DNA from: Candidatus Saccharimonas sp. | GTDB lineage: Bacteria; Patescibacteriota; Saccharimonadia; Saccharimonadales; Saccharimonadaceae | Reading direction: 5' to 3' | DNA: 32,000 nucleotides | NCBI GenBank assembly: GCA_015256915.3 | Contig: CP076101.2 | Location: forward strand, 30,001-62,000 | Position numbers and translations under genes: made by a program | The notes under the pieces: generated by a model | Seen by the model: only the letters and a program-made list of their open reading frames with translations | What the model was told of the DNA's origin: nothing | Database searches by the model: none | In this document: piece after piece, positions 25,111 to 31,530 of the stretch | Position numbering within the stretch: position 1 is the stretch's first letter | How the letters are laid out: every line of letters starts with the position of its first letter

Positions 25111-26199
25111 ATGAAAATCTTAGGAATTGAAAGCACTTGTGATGAAACTGCGGCAGCTGTGGTGGAGTTTGATGCAAATAAAATTTCGCGTGAAAGCTCA
25201 CCAAAGTTAAAACTGCTTTCAAACGTAGTTCATTCACAAATTGATATTCATGCGCAATTTGGCGGGGTAATTCCAGAGGTGGCGGCACGTTCTCATATTG
25301 AATATGCTAACCCTGTTGTGCGAGAAGCGCTTTCGAAAGCAGGGATTTCCTTTAAAGATTTGGACGGAATTGCCGTTTCTTATGCACCTGGTTTGGTGGG
25401 CTCGTTATTAGTTGGCACGCTTACGGCACGAACTTACGCTCGAATTTTTAATAAACCGTTTTACCCAATTCATCATGTTGAGGCTCATGTTTATGCAAAT
25501 TTTCTAAACGAGGAGCCGCCAGAATTTCCATTTTTAGCATTAGTGGTTTCGGGCGGTCATTCACAAATTGTATTATTTAAATCGCACGGAAATTACCAAA
25601 TTTTAGGAGAAACTCAAGATGACGCAGTTGGTGAGGCTTTCGATAAAGTTGCAAAAATCCTTGGCTTACCGTATCCTGGTGGCCCTGCAATTTCAAAAGC
25701 AGCATTAAGTGGTAATTCTTTAAAATATAAATTGCCAAAAGCTCGCTTAAAAGGGAAGTATGATTTTAGTTTTTCGGGATTAAAAACAGCAGTTTTACGT
25801 GCAGTTCAAAAAGAGGTTGGTGTAGATTTTAACTTTCCGTCTTTTAAGTTGGCAGCAAAATTAAATGAACAACAGAAAAATGATTTCGCTGCAAGTTTTC
25901 AAAAAATAGCTGTTGAAACTTTAGTTGATAAGCTTGAGCTTGCGGTTGAAGATTTTTCGCCAACAACTGTTGTGATTGCGGGCGGTGTAGCAGCGAATTC
26001 AGCTTTAAGAGAGGAATTAATTAAGAGAGTTTCGAAAAAACTGCCAAACCCTGTAATTTTCACTCCGCCAGAACTTTGCACTGATAACGCCGCAATGGTG
26101 GCGACTTTGGGCGCTTTTCAAGCTGTGCTGAGCGAACCGCAAAATCCGCTCAAGCTTGAAGTAAAACCGTCGCTTTCGATGAGTGACTCAAATTGGTAA
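25111..26199 (+). CDS. tsaD: tRNA N6-adenosine threonylcarbamoyltransferase (Kae1/TsaD family)
   Basis: MKILGIESTCDETAAAVV N-terminus, HHVEAHVYA metal-binding motif, and GGVAANSALRE. Confidence 0.9.
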   Translation: MKILGIESTCDETAAAVVEFDANKISRESSPKLKLLSNVVHSQIDIHAQFGGVIPEVAARSHIEYANPVVREALSKAGISFKDLDGIAVSYAPGLVGSLLVGTLTARTYARIFNKPFYPIHHVEAHVYANFLNEEPPEFPFLALVVSGGHSQIVLFKSHGNYQILGETQDDAVGEAFDKVAKILGLPYPGGPAISKAALSGNSLKYKLPKARLKGKYDFSFSGLKTAVLRAVQKEVGVDFNFPSFKLAAKLNEQQKNDFAASFQKIAVETLVDKLELAVEDFSPTTVVIAGGVAANSALREELIKRVSKKLPNPVIFTPPELCTDNAAMVATLGAFQAVLSEPQNPLKLEVKPSLSMSDSNW

Positions 26200-26230
26200 A
26201 TAATTTTCAAAAAATGTTAGAAATAAAATA

Positions 26231-26260
26231 ACCCGCAAATTTCTGCGGGTTTTGTTTTTT
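26231..26260. terminator. bidirectional rho-independent terminator
   Basis: ACCCGCA, loop AATTTC, then TGCGGGT, followed by TTTGTTTTTT. An A-rich run lies upstream. Confidence 0.75.
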
Positions 26261-26270
26261 GATGACCTTT

Positions 26271-26621
26271 CTAAAGAAATACACGAATACCCTTAAAGAT
26301 GAACTTTTTATCCATATAGGTATAAATAGAGCTGCCACCGTTTTTGGCAAGTGCTTCCTGATATCCAGCCATATGCGGGTCAAGATAATTTGTATTCTCA
26401 AACTCTTTGACATCGTAAATCTTTTTGAATTTGATGTCTTCATTTTCAAGAAAGTGTTCGATGACACGCACCTTGTAACCATATTCGTCCGTAAGAGGTA
26501 GGAAAACACTAGATTCGCCACTTTTTGCAGCTGCTAGCAAAGTTTCTTTTACCTTTGCTGTGATAGCGTTGCAATCGCGCCCTTCTTGTTTGGTTTCTTC
26601 CAATTCGTCTTTAAATGACAT
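26271..26621 (-). CDS. hypothetical protein, 116 aa; paralog of the upstream gene
   Basis: GGGGGA Shine-Dalgarno 7 nt upstream. It shares its overall layout and the C-terminal FKGIRVFL with the 26637-26969 product. Confidence 0.7.
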   Translation of the reverse strand: MSFKDELEETKQEGRDCNAITAKVKETLLAAAKSGESSVFLPLTDEYGYKVRVIEHFLENEDIKFKKIYDVKEFENTNYLDPHMAGYQEALAKNGGSSIYTYMDKKFIFKGIRVFL

Positions 26622-26636
26622 AATGCATCCCCCTTA

Positions 26637-26969
26637 CTACAAAAATACACGAATTCCCTTAAACCGACGTTTGTTCACAGTGACGGGCTTACTATCATCA
26701 ATATCACTAGCGCCACCCATGTGCGTATCGATGTACGGAAATTGAGTTGTTTGATATGATTCGTAAGCCTTTTCGAAATCAATTCCTTCCTGGGTTAGAA
26801 AATAACGCACAAATTGGGTTTTGCAATCATTCTCATTGTCAAGGTAGATGAGCACGCTTGATCTACCATCCTTGGCGGCCTCGACAAGGATGCCTTCAAC
26901 TTGCTTGGCAATATTTTCATAGGTTAAAGCAGCTTCTTTTTCTGCAGCTAGTCGTTCTTTTAGTGACAT
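26637..26969 (-). CDS. hypothetical protein, 110 aa; paralog of the downstream gene
   Basis: Start set at ATG 26969, preceded by GGAGGA. Ends in FKGIRVFL. Confidence 0.7.
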   Translation of the reverse strand: MSLKERLAAEKEAALTYENIAKQVEGILVEAAKDGRSSVLIYLDNENDCKTQFVRYFLTQEGIDFEKAYESYQTTQFPYIDTHMGGASDIDDSKPVTVNKRRFKGIRVFL

Positions 26970-27018
26970 AACTAAGTCCTCCAAATGTTCTATTTTTACC
27001 AAAAGGTAAATCTTTTAA

Positions 27019-27047
27019 ATTATAGCATTTTTAAGTAGAATTGTCAA
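27019..27047 (-). promoter_or_regulatory. consensus promoter TTGACA-N17-TGcTATAAT for the paralog pair
   Basis: Minus strand -35 is at 27042-27047 and -10 at 27019-27024. Confidence 0.65.
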
Positions 27048-27061
27048 GTTTTTGAAAAAAG

Positions 27062-27090
27062 AAAAATAAAAAACCGCCCAATTTTGAGCG
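27062..27090 (-). terminator. rho-independent terminator of rpsT
   Basis: On the minus strand, stem CGCTCA/TGGGCG (including one G-U pair), followed by GTTTTTTATTTTT. Confidence 0.6.
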
Positions 27091-27110
27091 ATTTTCGAAA
27101 AAGTATCAAA

Positions 27111-27365
27111 TTAAGCAAGTTTTACGCCAGCTTTTTTTGCGGCAGCGGCAAGAGAAGCTTTTCGGCGAGCAGCTGTATTTTTCTTGATAAGACCTTTTTT
27201 AACAGCTTTGTCAAGTTCGCTTTGTGCTTTCGAAAGGCTTTTTGCGCTTGGTTCAGCAACAAAAGCTTTAACTGCACCTTTGATATCTTTTTTAATTCCA
27301 ACGTTGCGTTCGCGTCGTTTTGCGGTTTGTCGCATTCGCTTTACAGCAGATTTAATAATTGGCAT
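27111..27365 (-). CDS. rpsT: 30S ribosomal protein S20
   Basis: MPIIKSAVKRMRQTAKRRERN N-terminus and a basic 84-aa protein. AAGAAGGAA Shine-Dalgarno upstream. Confidence 0.9.
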   Translation of the reverse strand: MPIIKSAVKRMRQTAKRRERNVGIKKDIKGAVKAFVAEPSAKSLSKAQSELDKAVKKGLIKKNTAARRKASLAAAAKKAGVKLA

Positions 27366-27452
27366 TTAATTCCTTCTTTTAGGTTGTTATTTACAATTCA
27401 ACATCAATTATATATTATTTCGAAATAAAAAGCAAGTATTTCAAATAAACTG

Positions 27453-27481
27453 TTGACATTTCATTGCGATTATGCTAATAT
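27453..27481 (+). promoter_or_regulatory. promoter TTGACA-N17-TGcTAATAT
   Basis: -35 is at 27453-27458 and -10 at 27476-27481. The leader to ATG 27522 is about 35 nt. Confidence 0.6.
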
Positions 27482-27521
27482 AGAGCTATAAATTATAAAA
27501 ATAAACAATAGGATTCAATAA

Positions 27522-29735
27522 ATGTCAAAAAATAATGCTCAAGAGCAGATTATCGCAAAATTGAAAGAATCAGAGAGTATTTTGATTGCGGTAAATGATA
27601 ACCCAAGTGTTGATGAGCTTTCTTCAGCATTGGCTTTAACTCTCGCAATTAATAATTCTGGCAAGCATGCGACGGCGGTTTCAAGCGGTAAAATGCCCGA
27701 CGCGCTAGCTTTTTTGCGCCCAGAAAAAACTTTCGAAAATTCTGTAGATTCTTTGCGTGATTTTATTATTGCTTTAAATAAAGAAAAAGCCGATCATCTT
27801 CGTTATAAGCTTGTTGGTGATCATGTGAAAATTTTTATTACGCCATATCGCTCAATTATTTCTGAAAAAGACCTCGAATTTGAACAGGGTGATTTTAACA
27901 TTGATTTTGTGCTAGCTTTAAATGTTGAAAGTCAAGATCGACTCGATGGCGCTTTAGCGGCGCACGGGCGAATTTTTCATGATGCTTCAGTTGCAATTTT
28001 AACCATTGGTGAAAACCAAACGAATCTTAACGGAATCCACTGGTATGCCGAAAACGCCAGCTCTTTGAGTGAAATTTCTGTTCAAATTATTGAATCCCTT
28101 GGAAAGAAAAATCTTACTCAACCAGTCGCAACTGCTCTTTTGACTGGAATTGTTGCTGAAACTGATCGCTTTTCAAATGCAAAAGCTACGGCTGAAGCTA
28201 TGAGCCTTGCAGCAAAACTTATTTCATCTGGCGCCGACCAGCAACTTGTGGTTTCAAAAATCCGTGAAGCTGAAGAAAAAGCGGGTGAATTTGCTGTGCA
28301 AAAAAATGCTAAAATGGAAGAAGCTTTAGAAGAAATTTCGAACGAAAAAGAAAAATCGAGCGAAAAATCTTCTTCAAAGAAAGAGCAAAAGCGTAATGGT
28401 GCATTTGTGATTGCACATGAAGAAGCTAAAAATGAAGCAGAAAAAGCTAATCTTGAAAATTCACAAAATCAAGCCGAAGACGAACTTGAAGAATCTTTAA
28501 ATAAACTAAAAAATATTAATAAACCAGAAAATGCCTTTGCTGAGCTTGAAGAAGTTGAAGCTCCTGAGCAAAATCAAGAACTTGCGCAAGAAAATTCGAA
28601 CGAAGATATTTTCGAAAATCCAAGCGAAAATCTTGAAAATACACAAGTTCAAAATGAAAATTTAGCTGAAGAAAATTCAGCAAAAAATATATCAGAAAGC
28701 CAAGAAACTTTGGCTGAACAAAATATTTCAATCCCAGCTCCCGAAAACACTCAGCCACAAACTTTCGAAACTATTGAACCTCAAACTGCTCAACCAGAAG
28801 TTGCGCCAGCTTTCGAACAACGAAATCCAGCTGAAACTTCTGCCTCTTCAGAATTTAATCAGACTGAAAATACGCAAGGCTTGGTTGAGGCGCCAGTTCA
28901 AAATTATGCACCAGAAATTCCAGTGCCAAGTGTGCCTTTTGAAAATCCAAATGCATTTATTGCAGAAACTCCAGTTCAGGAGCAAGTTTTTGAGCCAGCT
29001 CGCCAAGTTGATATTTCAATCCCAGCTCCTGAAAACACTCAACCACAAACTTTCGAAACTATTGAACCTCAAACTGCTCAACCAGAAGTTGCGCCAGTTT
29101 TCGAACAACAAAATTCAGCCGAAACTTCTGCCACTCAAGAGATTCAAACTCAAAATATTCAGCCAGTGAAAAATCAGGGCGATGAATATTATCACCCAAC
29201 CGAAAATGCTCAAATTGCAAGTGGTTTGATGGGTGCTCAGCCTTATGAGCCAAGTGGAATTTCTCGTGAAGAAAACTCTGTAGCAACTTCAAATCCACAA
29301 AATAATGATTATGTTTTAAGCCATGGTAAAGTTCAAAATGCGATTTATGAAGAGCCACAGGCGAATGAGAATTTTATTCCTGAAACTCAGCCTTATGCTC
29401 AAGCTACACCAATCCAGCCGCTTTCAAATTTTGAATCAAGTAATCCGATTTCGAATGAACAATATGCGCAGACTTTACCGCAAAATAATTTTGAGAATCA
29501 GCAAACTTACTTGACTGAAAATCCTGCGCAAAATTCGAATGATTTTGCAATGCCAATGCCACCAGCTATGCCAGATTTTAGCTCAATGCCAATGCCGCCA
29601 GAAGTTCCAGCTTTTGATTTTATTCCAAATCCAGCGGAACAGCCTGCAATGGGCACTGAAAGTAGCAAAAATAAAGTGATGACCGACCAAATTTACCCTA
29701 ATGATCCTTCACAATTCAGAATTCCAGGAATGTAA
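27522..29735 (+). CDS. DHH-fold (NrnA-like) domain protein with degenerate catalytic motifs and a ~480-aa E/Q/P/N-rich low-complexity C-terminal region
   Basis: The N-terminal ~250 aa align by eye to NrnA motifs I-IV, but with substitutions: PSVD for PDxD, LALN for the motif II Asp, IGEN for DHH, and GIVAETDRF for GIVGDTGRF. There is no GGGH/DHHA1 motif. Confidence 0.75.
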   Translation: MSKNNAQEQIIAKLKESESILIAVNDNPSVDELSSALALTLAINNSGKHATAVSSGKMPDALAFLRPEKTFENSVDSLRDFIIALNKEKADHLRYKLVGDHVKIFITPYRSIISEKDLEFEQGDFNIDFVLALNVESQDRLDGALAAHGRIFHDASVAILTIGENQTNLNGIHWYAENASSLSEISVQIIESLGKKNLTQPVATALLTGIVAETDRFSNAKATAEAMSLAAKLISSGADQQLVVSKIREAEEKAGEFAVQKNAKMEEALEEISNEKEKSSEKSSSKKEQKRNGAFVIAHEEAKNEAEKANLENSQNQAEDELEESLNKLKNINKPENAFAELEEVEAPEQNQELAQENSNEDIFENPSENLENTQVQNENLAEENSAKNISESQETLAEQNISIPAPENTQPQTFETIEPQTAQPEVAPAFEQRNPAETSASSEFNQTENTQGLVEAPVQNYAPEIPVPSVPFENPNAFIAETPVQEQVFEPARQVDISIPAPENTQPQTFETIEPQTAQPEVAPVFEQQNSAETSATQEIQTQNIQPVKNQGDEYYHPTENAQIASGLMGAQPYEPSGISREENSVATSNPQNNDYVLSHGKVQNAIYEEPQANENFIPETQPYAQATPIQPLSNFESSNPISNEQYAQTLPQNNFENQQTYLTENPAQNSNDFAMPMPPAMPDFSSMPMPPEVPAFDFIPNPAEQPAMGTESSKNKVMTDQIYPNDPSQFRIPGM
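28723..28844 (+). repeat. intragenic 122-bp direct repeat, copy 1
   Basis: About 95 percent identical to 29011-29132 (6 mismatches by hand alignment). Encodes ISIPAPENTQPQTFETIEPQTAQPEVAPAFEQRNPAETSA. Confidence 0.9.
29011..29132 (+). repeat. intragenic 122-bp direct repeat, copy 2
   Basis: Lies 288 bp (96 codons, in frame) downstream of copy 1. Encodes ISIPAPENTQPQTFETIEPQTAQPEVAPVFEQQNSAETSA. Confidence 0.9.
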
Positions 29736-29736
29736 A

Positions 29737-30417
29737 ATGGTATTTTTCGAAAATGAAAGTGGGCGAATCTTAATTGATAAGCCCGCTGGAATTACTAGCT
29801 TTGGCGTGGTCGCTAGAATCCGCCGCGTTCTTAAAGATGAATTTGGTAAAAAAGTTAAAGTTGGCCATACTGGCACGCTTGATCCTTTTGCAACGGGGCT
29901 TTTAGTTTTACTTTACGGCAAGGAAACTAAAAATGCAATGAGCCTTACTAAGCTTGATAAAGTTTATGAGGCGGAATTTACACTTGGGCAAATTTCCAGC
30001 ACAGGCGATCCTGAAGGTGAGATTTCGAAATGTGAGAATTTTGAAATTCCAACTTTTGAACATATTGAAAAAGAAATTAAAACTAACTTTTTAGGCAAAA
30101 TTGAACAAACTCCACCAGCTTTTAGTGCAATCAAAATTGATGGTAAGCGTGCTTATGATTTGGCGCGAAAGGGCGAGGATTTTGAAATTCCTAAACGCAC
30201 GGTTAAAGTTTTTAATTTCGAAATTTTAAGTTATGATTTTCCAAAACTAAAAGTTCGCACACATGTTTCAAGTGGAACTTACATTCGTTCGCTGGCAGAA
30301 GATTTAGGTAAGAATTTGGGTTGTGGTGCGTTTTGTTCGCAACTTCGGCGCACAAAAATTGCTGATTTCAACATTTCGAAAGCTAAAAAGCTTGAAGATT
30401 TTGGAATTTTAGATTAG
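29737..30417 (+). CDS. truB: tRNA pseudouridine(55) synthase
   Basis: Catalytic motif GHTGTLDPFATGLL and KPAGITSF near the N-terminus. Start at ATG 29737, 1 nt after the upstream stop, with AGGAA upstream. Confidence 0.9.
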   Translation: MVFFENESGRILIDKPAGITSFGVVARIRRVLKDEFGKKVKVGHTGTLDPFATGLLVLLYGKETKNAMSLTKLDKVYEAEFTLGQISSTGDPEGEISKCENFEIPTFEHIEKEIKTNFLGKIEQTPPAFSAIKIDGKRAYDLARKGEDFEIPKRTVKVFNFEILSYDFPKLKVRTHVSSGTYIRSLAEDLGKNLGCGAFCSQLRRTKIADFNISKAKKLEDFGILD

Positions 30418-30421
30418 TTTT

Positions 30422-30450
30422 TTGCTTATCCTGCCAAAAAATGATATAAT
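30422..30450 (+). promoter_or_regulatory. promoter TTGCTT-N17-TGaTATAAT, 7 nt before the orn ATG (leaderless layout)
   Basis: -35 is at 30422-30427 and -10 at 30445-30450. Confidence 0.55.
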
Positions 30451-30457
30451 TTAAATA

Positions 30458-31006
30458 ATGAAAAACGCAAAAATTCTTTGGATTGATTTAGAAATGACTG
30501 GTCTTGAACCTAAAAAAGACCGAATTTTAGAAGTTGCCGCGATTGCAACAGATTGGGATTTTAATGAAATTGCCACTTTCGAAAGTGCCGTAAAAGTTGA
30601 AAATGAAATTCTCGAAAGCCGAATGGTTGGCGATTTTTGGGATACTTTTAGCGAAACGCGCGATGCTTTAAAAATGCAAAATTCTCATGCTACTAAAAAT
30701 TCACAAGAAGTTGAAGCGGACTTAATTAAATTTGTAGAAGAAAACTTTGCTGAAGAAATTTTGAAAGCCGAGAAAATTCTTTTGGGTGGAAATTCAATTC
30801 ACCAAGATCGCCGATTTATTCGTGCAGAATGGAAAAGACTTGAAAAAATGTTGCATTATCGAATGCTGGATGTTTCGGCGTGGAAAGTTGTGATGAGTGC
30901 TAAATTTAAACGTGTTTTTGCTAAGCCTGAAAATCACCGTGCGTTAGATGATATTCGTGGCTCGATTGAAGAATTGAAATTTTATTTAAAAAAGGTGAAA
31001 AAGTAA
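30458..31006 (+). CDS. orn: oligoribonuclease (DEDDh 3'-5' exonuclease)
   Basis: ILWIDLEMTGLEPKKDRILEVAAI (ExoI), GNSIHQDRRFI (ExoII) and HRALDDI (ExoIII). Confidence 0.9.
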   Translation: MKNAKILWIDLEMTGLEPKKDRILEVAAIATDWDFNEIATFESAVKVENEILESRMVGDFWDTFSETRDALKMQNSHATKNSQEVEADLIKFVEENFAEEILKAEKILLGGNSIHQDRRFIRAEWKRLEKMLHYRMLDVSAWKVVMSAKFKRVFAKPENHRALDDIRGSIEELKFYLKKVKK

Positions 31007-31431
31007 TGGATCAGAGTGAAATTAAAGATTTTTTGCTGAATTTTGATGCGGCAGAAGTTCGGAAAGATGAAGAAAATAAACTTGAAATTTTCGAAGTTAA
31101 TTTTGATAAATTAGAAAAAATTTGGCAAGAAAAAATGGCTGGCGATCTTGGCGATTTTGAACGTGAAACTGGTGAAAAGATTCTTTCGAAAATTACAGAA
31201 GGTGAAGAGCCGAAAGCAATTTTTGCAATCATTCACGATGGTTCAAAACCTTTAAAAGTTGAAATGAAAACAGGCACGCAGCTTGCTAGGATTTTACGTG
31301 AAAAAGAAAGTGTAGTACCTTCGAAGTTGATGAGTGAGCGTGAGTGGAATTTGATTATTGGCCAAGGACAAGTTTCGGCTGAAGAATTGCGAGATTTGCT
31401 TCGCTTGAGTTATCGCTTGGTTTGCGAGTAA
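31006..31431 (+). CDS. MmcQ/YjbR-like protein (tentative)
   Basis: The start overlaps the orn stop (TAATG), with AAGGTGA upstream. The C-terminal W-x-L-x(5-8)-EELRDLLRLSYRLV resembles the YjbR family ending. Confidence 0.6.
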   Translation: MDQSEIKDFLLNFDAAEVRKDEENKLEIFEVNFDKLEKIWQEKMAGDLGDFERETGEKILSKITEGEEPKAIFAIIHDGSKPLKVEMKTGTQLARILREKESVVPSKLMSEREWNLIIGQGQVSAEELRDLLRLSYRLVCE

Positions 31432-31467
31432 AATGTATTTTGTAGTTTATCTTTTAGATAGGAATAG

Positions 31468-31490
31468 CCTTGCAAAAAGCGGGGTTTTTC
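31468..31490 (+). terminator. probable rho-independent terminator
   Basis: CCTTGC, loop AAAAA, then GCGGGG (two G-U pairs), followed by TTTTTC. Confidence 0.45.
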
Positions 31491-31511
31491 TTTGCGAAAA
31501 AAACTTTTTTG

Positions 31512-31520
31512 TGATATAAT
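31512..31520 (+). promoter_or_regulatory. extended -10 promoter TGaTATAAT, 10 nt before ATG 31531
   Basis: TG at 31512-31513 and TATAAT at 31515-31520. Confidence 0.45.
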
Positions 31521-31530
31521 CATAAGTAAT

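Noticed and set aside
23940-26745. ORFs 23940-24182(-), 24142-24396(-), 25899-26081(-), 26207-26521(-), 26259-26501(+) and 26560-26745(+)
   Set aside because: They are alternative frames of the FemX-like gene, tsaD and the two paralog genes. The called frames have SD or promoter signals and sensible composition.
27084-27428. Plus-strand ORFs 27084-27428 and 27184-27369 opposite rpsT
   Set aside because: They are antisense to a clear S20 gene.
28723-29132. Possible CRISPR-like or mobile repeat
   Set aside because: There are only two copies, each 122 bp, in frame within one CDS and 288 bp apart. This is an intragenic protein repeat, not a repeat-spacer array. No CRISPR array is present anywhere in the window.
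28516-29514. ORFs 28516-28758(-), 28774-29169(+), 29059-29358(-) and 29323-29514(+) in the low-complexity tail of the DHH-like gene
   Set aside because: Low-complexity, repeat-bearing DNA stays open in several frames. Only the 27522-29735 frame is continuous with the folded N-terminal domain.
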